A DNA stretch of 64,000 bases from NCBI RefSeq assembly GCF_016222945.1, contig NZ_JACRPY010000003.1; one strand, written 5' to 3'. This stretch comes from Methanobacterium sp. (GTDB lineage: Archaea > Methanobacteriota > Methanobacteria > Methanobacteriales > Methanobacteriaceae). The notes beneath the pieces are model-generated. The model ran no database searches, had not been told where the DNA came from, and saw only the letters and a list, made by a program, of their open reading frames with translations. A program made the translations under genes and the position numbers. Shown piece by piece: positions 23,527 through 32,154 of this stretch. Each line of letters starts with the position of its first letter. The stretch's first letter is position 1.

Positions 23527-23700
23527 ATGAAAGGAGTTGAACGAACACCGAAAAATATAGCATCTGTAGTGATATTTGCAATTATAATAATTACAGTAGA
23601 TTTACTTTTCTTAAGGCATTTATTCTGGGAACGATTAATTGTGAATATTGGAATTTTTGTAGTGTATTTAGTTATATTTTTCAAATTCATAAACAAATGA
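23527..23700 (+). CDS. Unannotated 57-aa two-helix membrane protein (paralog of 31249..31416)
   Basis: ORF below the track cutoff: MKGVERTPKNIASVVIFAIIIITVDLLFLRHLFWERLIVNIGIFVVYLVIFFKFINK. It shares the DL..(F/Y)(L/F)R...W.RLI.NI.I core with the second copy. The tracked 66-aa ORF on the opposite strand looks spurious. Confidence 0.45.
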   Translation: MKGVERTPKNIASVVIFAIIIITVDLLFLRHLFWERLIVNIGIFVVYLVIFFKFINK

Positions 23701-23861
23701 ATATGGAGAGGATTTATTCTCCATTTTGCCTGTAACCAATTTTAGTGCCGTCATAGAAGATTACAGAATCATTTAGGTATGTTTGATTCTTACTCAAATC
23801 AAATCCCTCCCTATTTCCCAAATCCATATTTCATATAGTCTGCAAAGTAATTTTTTCTAAT

Positions 23862-24302
23862 TCATTCTTCTTTTTTTAATTTATCACGTTTTGCTGACGC
23901 CTGGCTTATAAATTCTGCAACCTGATTGATGTCATCGTAAACATCCTCTAAATTGGTTTCTTCGCCTTTAACTGCCGGCGGTTTATAGTCTATGGCGCCT
24001 TCAGCTGAAAAATCATCCTCGCTAATCATGACCCCAAATTTACGCCCGATTTCAGGCTCAATCACATCATCTAAGGGATTTGAAAGCCTTTCCTTGACGT
24101 CAATTTCAAGGCCGGCCATGAGCTCTTCTAATTCTGATTCAACAAACCCTATAACCATGATTTCACGCGGATCGTTCACGTTAAGCGCGGTGTAGAGTTT
24201 GCTTGGAGCTCCAAAGCCCACTGTATGGTACCATGCCCTGCGGAAATCCTGGTATGTTTTACCTTCCCTAAGCCTTCTTGTTATTATGGATACGGTTATC
24301 AT
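23862..24302 (-). CDS. Hypothetical protein
   Basis: Start set at ATG 24302 (MITVSIITRRLREGKTYQDF..) after AAGGAGA. No recognised domain. Confidence 0.5.
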   Translation of the reverse strand: MITVSIITRRLREGKTYQDFRRAWYHTVGFGAPSKLYTALNVNDPREIMVIGFVESELEELMAGLEIDVKERLSNPLDDVIEPEIGRKFGVMISEDDFSAEGAIDYKPPAVKGEETNLEDVYDDINQVAEFISQASAKRDKLKKEE

Positions 24303-24379
24303 AGAATTATCTCCTTTACTGGAGCATATTATGTTTTTTAAATTATTACAACTCATTACAACTCCTATTCTGAATTTAA

Positions 24380-26836
24380 TTATTTTTTAATATTCCAGAA
24401 TATTTCTCCACAGCTACAGCTTAAAGTAGGATCTGATTTTCCTCTATTGACAGATATCATAGAATTACAAGAATTACACATAAATAATCCAAAAAGATTC
24501 TTATATGCTTCAACCACATCTTCAAAATCTTTTTTACTATATTCTGCCCAACGATTATAGTGAACATTTTCATTAATAACCCATTGCTCAATTTGAGCAT
24601 TATTAATTATTTCTTTAGAATTTTTTTCTAAATCTTTAAGATTTTCAAACTTTTCTTTATTTCCAATTTTCTCCGAATTGACTTTTGCTCGCTTAAGATA
24701 TTCCTTATATGTTGATATCGCAGAAGGGGCGAGATCACCTAATTCCCACTGGTGAGTTCCTTTATATGGTATTTTTGCGCTTAAAAAGTCACAAACATTT
24801 TCAAAATACCATTCAGAATTACGTCGAAGCTTATAAGCTGCAGCAGGAATATCGTTTCTATCTAAATCATTCCCAATCTGATCCCATAAATCTTCATCTA
24901 ATTCATAAATTGGCCCTGTATCTATATTCCAATTGAAAAAATGAAGCATATTTCTTTTTGACACTATACCTTGTGTATTTAATTGTTTAGCCCAAGAAGT
25001 ATCATGTGTAGTTATAATAAACTGTTCAGATTTGAAAAACTTGTTAATAAGGTCACAAATTGATTTTCGATGCTCTCTATCAATTGACATTACAACATCA
25101 TCTAAAGCTATGGTTTTAAGACCATTTGCCGAAAGATATTTATTTAGTGCAAAAAATAAGCAGAGCCCCATACTGTCTTGATGACCTTCACTGTGTAGTG
25201 CATTTGGTGGGAACATTCCCTTTCCATAAAAATCAACATCCAATAACAATTCAGCATCATTATGCGATAATTTAGATTTAAATGATTCTTCATCCTCTGA
25301 ATGGAGTTCTTTGTAAAATGTTACAAAGTTATCCTCCAAATCATTATATATTTCCCCAAGAATAATGTCTCTAGACTCATTAAAATATTCTAAAGCTTTT
25401 TGAGCTCTTTTACTAAATAATTGTGCGTTTTCTAATTTTTTAAGTTCTTCAATGTACTTTTTGACTTTTTCTTCCATTTTAGTGAGAGTATCCCACGCTT
25501 TTTGTTGTTCAGATAATTCATCGCCTTTCAATTTTAGAATCTTTTCTAACGGATTTATAATCTGTTCTTCCAAAAACAATTTATTAAATGCTTTTTCAAA
25601 ATCTTCTTTTGGCCATTTACCCTCTTCAAAGTATTTTAAAGGTTCTAACATTATTGTGGACCATTTATTGATGATTATGAAAAAATTTTCTATTTCTTTT
25701 TCATCTATTTCATCAATCTGGAACTGTTCACGTGCCTTTAACAACTTTTTAACATCATCTTTTAATAAATCAGTTTTTTTCTTTATATCTAAAGACAATT
25801 TGCTTATTTTGTCTTTGTTTTCTTTAGATAATTCCATTTCTTTGCTTCTATCTTCTAAATACGATTTAAAATCACCTTCTGTCCATTCTTTACCACATAA
25901 TGGACAGATATTTGTTTTATCAATAATACTGATCCCTGCTTCAAATAATTTTTTATACGCAGAGTAATATCTCAGTTTAGATTCTGTTTTTATGTCTTCA
26001 AAAAGTTTTTTTAACTCTAATTCTTTTAATAAAACATTCGATTTGTCTTCTAATATATTTCTCACACTTTTAATATAATTTTCAACTTGTTCATTTGTCA
26101 AAGCATCTTCTGTTGCTCCTGGAAGATATGGCTCTAAACTAGACTTAATTTCCTCAGGTTGAAGCGATATTATAGGAGTGCCTTTAAATAATGCCCTCAT
26201 ATGATTAATTTTTTCAATTATACTTTCTTCAGAGAACACCTCAACAGAAATAAGCACACATAAATCGTTTTTTGCGATCTCAAAATTACTGGTAGAATTT
26301 TTTAACTCTTTATCTGCTTCAGAATTAACTTTAACAAAATCACGCCTTAAATTACCAATATCATTTAAATCTAATAGGGCAAGTATCTGTTTTTCTCTTT
26401 TACCTGCCTCAGCATTGATAAATTTTAAAATTTCTCTTCTTGAAAGAATATGTTGACCCAGTTTTGCAGTTTCTAAATGTTCTTCTACAATTTTCTTATA
26501 AGAAGTTGGAGAAACCTTTAACGAAGAAGGTTTTGCAAAATTACGCTCTAATAAAACTTCAGAATCATTAAGTAAAATTTTTGCCTTTATAACTACTTTT
26601 TCCGGAGTTTTTATAGAATCAATATGGCCTCCATAACTTGTTATAGGTAAATATTTTGTCCCCTCTCCCATAAACCTAGTCATCTTACCTTTAAGTAAAA
26701 AATCTAGTGAGTCTATTACTGCACTTTTACCTGTTCCATTAGGTCCAAAAATTACTGTGTTGCTACCATTAAGTTCAATATTGGCCTTTTTTATTCCCCT
26801 TATGTTATTAATCTCTAGATTCAATATCTTCATCAT
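24380..26836 (-). CDS. Rad50/SMC-like ABC ATPase with coiled-coil CxxC zinc hook and about 200-aa C-terminal domain (RloC/PrrC-like architecture)
   Basis: 818 aa. Walker A GPNGTGKS (26723..26746). Long Lys/Glu-rich coiled coil with CPLCG at aa 311-315 (25895..25906 for CPLC). Signature-like HSEGHQ, Walker B IALDDV, H-loop ITTHD. C-terminal LRRNSEWYFENV resembles the RRilEnYF motif of AAA_13 anticodon nucleases. Terminal CNSC..CSCG zinc ribbon. Confidence 0.7.
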   Translation of the reverse strand: MMKILNLEINNIRGIKKANIELNGSNTVIFGPNGTGKSAVIDSLDFLLKGKMTRFMGEGTKYLPITSYGGHIDSIKTPEKVVIKAKILLNDSEVLLERNFAKPSSLKVSPTSYKKIVEEHLETAKLGQHILSRREILKFINAEAGKREKQILALLDLNDIGNLRRDFVKVNSEADKELKNSTSNFEIAKNDLCVLISVEVFSEESIIEKINHMRALFKGTPIISLQPEEIKSSLEPYLPGATEDALTNEQVENYIKSVRNILEDKSNVLLKELELKKLFEDIKTESKLRYYSAYKKLFEAGISIIDKTNICPLCGKEWTEGDFKSYLEDRSKEMELSKENKDKISKLSLDIKKKTDLLKDDVKKLLKAREQFQIDEIDEKEIENFFIIINKWSTIMLEPLKYFEEGKWPKEDFEKAFNKLFLEEQIINPLEKILKLKGDELSEQQKAWDTLTKMEEKVKKYIEELKKLENAQLFSKRAQKALEYFNESRDIILGEIYNDLEDNFVTFYKELHSEDEESFKSKLSHNDAELLLDVDFYGKGMFPPNALHSEGHQDSMGLCLFFALNKYLSANGLKTIALDDVVMSIDREHRKSICDLINKFFKSEQFIITTHDTSWAKQLNTQGIVSKRNMLHFFNWNIDTGPIYELDEDLWDQIGNDLDRNDIPAAAYKLRRNSEWYFENVCDFLSAKIPYKGTHQWELGDLAPSAISTYKEYLKRAKVNSEKIGNKEKFENLKDLEKNSKEIINNAQIEQWVINENVHYNRWAEYSKKDFEDVVEAYKNLFGLFMCNSCNSMISVNRGKSDPTLSCSCGEIFWNIKK

Positions 26837-26990
26837 GCTGTTTCCTCAATAATTCTTCAATTTCGGTTCTTTTTGGCTTTTTTTGGGTTACAACAGCAAT
26901 TAAATCACTAGAAATCCCTTTAAACGAAGCATCATTAATTATTTTATCTGCAAATTTATCAAAAATCATTTCCCCCACAGATTTCTTCAT
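26808..26990 (-). CDS. Small (60 aa) protein, translationally overlapping the ABC ATPase gene
   Basis: SD GAGGGA upstream. The 3' end overlaps the ATPase start by 29 nt. No recognised domain. Confidence 0.4.
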   Translation of the reverse strand: MKKSVGEMIFDKFADKIINDASFKGISSDLIAVVTQKKPKRTEIEELLRKQHDEDIESRD

Positions 26991-27362
26991 CTAATCCCTC
27001 TTTTTCACTTAATAGTAATATAATGATAATTCTATTATAATTTCAATATAATAATGTTTCTATTTACATATATTAAGAAAAATTTAGCTTCAAATAAGCC
27101 ATATAAATAGTTTTAAAATAAAAATATCATAGATTATTAGAATAAATATGCCTTAATTAATCTATTTATTTGTTTTAATCTTTTTTATTTACATTATTCT
27201 GTATTTTAGATATTCTTTTAATGTAATTCAGAATATGATAGCTTAATAGTACAATCTAAAATTGGTGATTATTTTATTTGATACGTTTATGGGTATGAAT
27301 AATCATGGCAATTTTATATGGATTAATAACAATAAATTAATAGTAAATTTTCAGGTGATTTT

Positions 27363-27896
27363 ATGAGCTTTAATTTAGAAAACTTAGATGAAGAAATAAG
27401 AGGGTTAATGTTAGAAGAATTAGACTTAGATATGAAAAATAAGAGATTATACTTAAGTGAAAGACTTAATAATTATGGAAAGTCTGAATATCCTGAAATA
27501 CTTAAAAACGGAATGCTAAAAGGAAACTGTGAAACCTTAGCAGCTGCATTAATACTTGAAAATTATTGGAATGAAAAAGAGCCAAGAAGATCAAAAAAAT
27601 ACGGTTTAAAATATGTAAAGGTTCCCAAAAATGCCCATGAAACACTTGCTGAGGGTGAATTTAATAGATTTTATATACGGGCACTTTGCAGAAAAGCAAT
27701 AATAAATAAAAATGAAATAGAAATTTATAGGGCTAAACAAGTTAGGAACCCACGTAAGGAATCTCAAATAATTATTGGAAAATCATTAGATCCTAAAAAA
27801 CTTTTAGAAGATTTAAGAGTAAAAATTGGAGTAGACACTGTTTTAGGAATGCCTCCAGGACCAAATTCTGGTTTGAGTATACGAATAAAAAAGTAA
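27363..27896 (+). CDS. Hypothetical protein (first gene of divergent two-gene module)
   Basis: 177 aa, AGGTGA SD. Followed 41 nt later by the HNH gene. Confidence 0.5.
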   Translation: MSFNLENLDEEIRGLMLEELDLDMKNKRLYLSERLNNYGKSEYPEILKNGMLKGNCETLAAALILENYWNEKEPRRSKKYGLKYVKVPKNAHETLAEGEFNRFYIRALCRKAIINKNEIEIYRAKQVRNPRKESQIIIGKSLDPKKLLEDLRVKIGVDTVLGMPPGPNSGLSIRIKK

Positions 27897-27937
27897 ATTT
27901 TTCAATAAAATACTTTTAATTCATAAGGAGAGATTCA

Positions 27938-29173
27938 ATGAAGGAATGCTGGTCATGCGGAAATAAAATTGACTCCCATAACACATCAAAAGAACATATA
28001 ATTCCAAACGCTCTTTTTGGCAAGTTAAGATCAAATTATATACTTTGTAAAACATGCAATAGTGAATTTTCTAAAATTGATGAATCTTTAGTAAATGATC
28101 TAGATTCTATATCTATCTTTCTAAATGCCAAAAGAGATAGAGGAGCTTCCAAGCCATTGGGTGCAATGTCTAAAGCTGGGGACCCCTACTTAATAAAACC
28201 CGGAGGCAAAGTAGAAATAAAAACTCAGGTTGATAGAAATGGGAATAATCTAAGTATAAAAGTTTCAAATAAAAAAAAGTTAAAAGAGATAAAAGAGGGA
28301 TTAGGGAAAAAATATACGATTCAGAGTGCTACTAATAAAGAAATAGAAGAATATTTGGGCCCATTAACACTCGAAAACAAGCAGATTTTATCAGATGAAA
28401 CTTTTAGGGCAGCTACAAAAATAGCAAGTAATTTTTATACATATAATGGTTTTTCTAAAGAAAATATTGAATCTATAATTGATTACGTAAAAAACAGCTC
28501 TAATCCAAAAGATATAGCGTGGATTTATTATGGTAAAGATATTTATATCTCAAAAGATAGCTGTGAAGTTTTACATTCAATAATATTAAAAGGAAGTAAA
28601 AAAGAAAGGATTTTATATTGTTATATTGAACTTTATGGTGCCCTTAATTTTTTGGTGTTATTATCTAATGGCTATAAAGGAGAAAATTTTGAAAAAACGT
28701 ATTTTTTTGACATTGAAATGAATAAAGAAGTTGATAAGAACTACGAAATATCTTTAAAAAGGAAAAAAATTGAAAAAATATTAAAAAATCAGAAATTATC
28801 CTCTGTTGAAATTAGTGAAAACATGGGGAAAATAGGAAATAAGCTATTATCAAAAAGAGCGCATGATTATCTCATAGAATTAATATCAGAAACTATGGAA
28901 AGTTACCCGGACCCTGATTTGAAAGATACTTGGGACAAAATCAAGCAAAAACTTGAAAAATATCCTCATTGGGATATTTATGGTTTATGCCCTTATCATG
29001 TAAAAACATGGGATCAAAATGGTCCAGAATGTTCATGTGGCTCTCGAAACTATGTATTTAATTTAATAGGTATGCATATTAAAGGAAACGTAATAGCTAT
29101 CCTTTTACAAACTATTTGTAAAAACTGTGAAAAAATGCTAATTTTTGAATTTAAGACATCTTTATCCATTTAA
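27938..29173 (+). CDS. HNH-endonuclease-domain protein (HNH_5-like N-terminus, C-terminal Cys clusters)
   Basis: N-terminus CWSCGNKIDSHNTSKEHIIPNALFGKLRSNYILCKTCNSEF fits the CxxC..EHiiP..CxxCN HNH pattern. C-terminal CPYH..CSCG..CKNC. SD AAGGAGAG. Confidence 0.6.
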   Translation: MKECWSCGNKIDSHNTSKEHIIPNALFGKLRSNYILCKTCNSEFSKIDESLVNDLDSISIFLNAKRDRGASKPLGAMSKAGDPYLIKPGGKVEIKTQVDRNGNNLSIKVSNKKKLKEIKEGLGKKYTIQSATNKEIEEYLGPLTLENKQILSDETFRAATKIASNFYTYNGFSKENIESIIDYVKNSSNPKDIAWIYYGKDIYISKDSCEVLHSIILKGSKKERILYCYIELYGALNFLVLLSNGYKGENFEKTYFFDIEMNKEVDKNYEISLKRKKIEKILKNQKLSSVEISENMGKIGNKLLSKRAHDYLIELISETMESYPDPDLKDTWDKIKQKLEKYPHWDIYGLCPYHVKTWDQNGPECSCGSRNYVFNLIGMHIKGNVIAILLQTICKNCEKMLIFEFKTSLSI

Positions 29174-29363
29174 TATGCATTTTAATTAATCAAATTATTT
29201 TATTTTTTTTAAGATGCAACACCTTTAAATTTATAGAATTTTCTAGTATATACTTCGTTATAGTCCTCTATAACGATCTAATATCAAGACATTTTTTTAG
29301 AATATTTTAATTAATATTAATCTATATTTATTAAACAAGCTAGTTTGATGGAGGAATTACAAT

Positions 29364-29855
29364 ATGGAATCATTTCCAGAATATATGCTTGAATATAGAA
29401 AACAGATAGAGAAGGGTTACATACAGGAGGCATATAAAGGATTGATGGAATATATAATGGGTTTAAGAGTGCATTTTAAAAATAAATATCCAAAATATTT
29501 CGTATCAAGTATTTATTATGGATATATGGACATGACCTATTTTTCTTTTTCCCCAGAATCATTAAAACGTCGGAAATTGAAAATCGCAATAGTTTTTATC
29601 CATGATACATTTAGATTTGAAGTCTGGTTGGCTGGATCTAATAAAAAGGTTCAAAATGAATACTGGAAATTTTTTAAAGACATGAATTGGGATAAATACC
29701 ACATTCCATCAACAATAAAAGGCATTGATTCTATTGTGGAACATATTCTAGTTGAAAATCCAGATTTCAGTGATTTAGATACTTTAACAGGACAAATAGA
29801 GACGGTTACATTGAACTTCATTAATGATGTTGAGAACTTCTTATCTAAACATTAA
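29364..29855 (+). CDS. Hypothetical protein
   Basis: 163 aa, SD GGAGGA, no recognised motif. Confidence 0.5.
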   Translation: MESFPEYMLEYRKQIEKGYIQEAYKGLMEYIMGLRVHFKNKYPKYFVSSIYYGYMDMTYFSFSPESLKRRKLKIAIVFIHDTFRFEVWLAGSNKKVQNEYWKFFKDMNWDKYHIPSTIKGIDSIVEHILVENPDFSDLDTLTGQIETVTLNFINDVENFLSKH

Positions 29856-30128
29856 AACGTACCTATACTGATAAAAACTTAATAATCTGTTCTTATTCAA
29901 TTCCTTTTTTTATAAATGTTTGGAATTTGATACCCTTTTAGCTAAAATTCGGATCAGGAAAGTTAAATTCGAATTATTAAATTAATACCATCAACAGTGT
30001 CAAAATATCCTAAATCATATACTATCTATTTAAATAGTAGATAATATCTATTCAAATTGACAAATACATGAAAAAATCATGGCATGTCAAGGTTAATTTA
30101 ATTAAGAGACATAACAGGAAGAAATCAG

Positions 30129-31211
30129 ATGAGAAAGTATTTTCTGGATAATTTACGCTGGATGGTAATTATAATTGTGGTTCTCTACCATGTCCTAATC
30201 ATTTATAACGATATTGGCGTTCAATATGTGATTAACGCAACAGGCAATGTCCTTGCCACTGTTTTCATTTTATCATTTTCTATGTGGTTTATGCAGTTAT
30301 TATTTGCAGTAGCGGGGATAAGTACCTTTTATTCATTAAAAAGAAGAAATTCAAAACAATATTTAAACGAAAGAGTAAAGAAAATCTTTATTCCCATGGT
30401 TGCAGGGATTATATTTGTTATACCTTTCCAGACCTACTTTAGTTTCCTTTATAATGGGCAAAATATAAGCTTCCTGAACTTCTGGTTTAATTTTTTAACA
30501 AACTGGTGGTATTATTTCGTTAATGGACTGGGTATAGGCCCATTATGGTTCTTACTGTACCTTTTTATAATATCTTTAGCGGCACTTCCTGTTATCATGA
30601 AATATAAAAAGAGTGAATGGAGAATACCCATCGAAAAAATAACCGTGCCTTATTTATTACTTTTAATCATTCCCTTGGCTATTGGAAGCATTTTTCTTAA
30701 TTTATCTCCTGAGAAAAGCGTGGTCCAGTTCTTTTTGCTGTTTATTTTTGGATACTTTTTGTTATCAGATGATGGTATCCAGCAGAAACTGGAAGATGCA
30801 AGATGGCCCTTATTCATAGCCTTCCTCCTTTTAATTGCAGTCTTAATAATCCTTTATTTATCAAATTTATTATCTTCCAAAACTATGTTAAGTACAATGA
30901 TTCCAGTGTATCTATTATACACCACTTCAATTGCATGGATTGGAATACTTGCTGTAATGGGAATGGGTAAACGTTATCTCGAATTTAAAACTCCGGCTAC
31001 ATTATATCTTTCAGGAGCATCATATCCCATCTATATTTTCCATATAGCCTGGATTACCATGGCAGAGTACTTATTTTTAACATTATTCCCCAATATGATA
31101 ATTCTTCAAGTAATACTCGTCTTTACAGTAGGTTTTACGCTAACACTAGCCACATATGAAATCACTAGGAGAATTAAGATTACAAGGTTCCTGTTTGGAA
31201 TCAAAGATTAA
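30129..31211 (+). CDS. Acyltransferase-3 family membrane acyltransferase
   Basis: N-terminus ..YFLDNLRWMVIIIVVLYH.. and about 10 TM helices are typical of acyltransferase_3/OpgC-like proteins. Confidence 0.7.
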   Translation: MRKYFLDNLRWMVIIIVVLYHVLIIYNDIGVQYVINATGNVLATVFILSFSMWFMQLLFAVAGISTFYSLKRRNSKQYLNERVKKIFIPMVAGIIFVIPFQTYFSFLYNGQNISFLNFWFNFLTNWWYYFVNGLGIGPLWFLLYLFIISLAALPVIMKYKKSEWRIPIEKITVPYLLLLIIPLAIGSIFLNLSPEKSVVQFFLLFIFGYFLLSDDGIQQKLEDARWPLFIAFLLLIAVLIILYLSNLLSSKTMLSTMIPVYLLYTTSIAWIGILAVMGMGKRYLEFKTPATLYLSGASYPIYIFHIAWITMAEYLFLTLFPNMIILQVILVFTVGFTLTLATYEITRRIKITRFLFGIKD

Positions 31212-31248
31212 ATAATAGAAGGGCTTATAAAAAACAATTGGTGTTTAA

Positions 31249-31416
31249 ATGGCAAATCTAATAATTAATATAATATATGTACTGATAGCAGTAGCTCTTA
31301 TAGTATTTTTAGATTTAAAATATTTTAGGGATAATCTTTGGAAAAGGCTGATAATAAATATAATAATTGTTTTAGTGTTTTGGGCTTTCTATTATTTGTT
31401 TTTAATTAATTTATAA
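31249..31416 (+). CDS. Unannotated 55-aa two-helix membrane protein (paralog of 23527..23700)
   Basis: MANLIINIIYVLIAVALIVFLDLKYFRDNLWKRLIINIIIVLVFWAFYYLFLINL. Conserved core shared with the other copy. Weak SD. Confidence 0.45.
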   Translation: MANLIINIIYVLIAVALIVFLDLKYFRDNLWKRLIINIIIVLVFWAFYYLFLINL

Positions 31417-31509
31417 AAAAAGAATACAAATAATGCCTTCTCGGAAATAGAAGCTCCATTATCCTGTAAAAAAATTTTAAAAATGGATAGTTACGACTAT
31501 TCCTGTATT

Positions 31510-31996
31510 TTAATTTAAATACATTGTCTCTAATAACTTCTTTCCACATTCAGTTTTAAATATTCGCTGCTGAATGTTTTTTACTGCTTCTATACCTATA
31601 TTATCCTCAAATATGTTAACCAGGAAATCGGCTTCAACAACTATCTGAAAATCAATCCCTTCTATCCTATTGTAAGAATGATGGTTTCCCACTATAAAAC
31701 ATACCCCGATCTACATGTTTTTCTGGAATATTCAGGCTTTTTAGGATTTCTCTTGCTACAATTGGACCTTCTAATTCCTGATATTTAGCTGCAGAGGAGC
31801 TATATTTCTCTTCAGCATTTTTAATACCAATATCATGAAGAATAGCCGAGTAGAAAATAATTTCTTTTGTTTCATTATCTAAATCTAGATCTTCTGCTAT
31901 TATCTGGGTAAAATCAAAGACTTTCAAGGCATGATTAATTCTTCTAACATCGCTCTGGAAGTATTCAATCATTTTTTCCATAACCATTATAACCAT
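31510..31996 (-). pseudogene. HD-domain phosphohydrolase, disrupted by a 1-nt frameshift
   Basis: Two tracked ORFs (31667..31996 with ..AILHDIG..; 31510..31692 with GNHHSYNRIEGIDFQ..) join into one HD protein (..HVDR|VCFIVGNHHSY..) if one base is removed from the CCCC run at 31704..31707. Confidence 0.7.
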
Positions 31997-32154
31997 GATT
32001 TCACCTTTAAACTAACTATAAATCTCCTATTCATTTTAAAAATATTTATTTTTTTTATAAATATAGTGACCATGTGGCTAAAGATAGTCGAGTTTAACGA
32101 AACAAAAAAATTATCAGTTTTCGCTCATCCCCCGAATAATCCCTATCCATATAT

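Noticed and set aside
24380-29173. Calling the ATPase plus HNH genes a canonical Septu (PtuA/PtuB) system.
   Set aside because: The ATPase and HNH genes are divergently transcribed, separated by an extra gene and a roughly 370-nt spacer. The ATPase also has a zinc-hook coiled coil and a large C-terminal domain not expected for PtuA. I cannot support the Septu label without HMM evidence.
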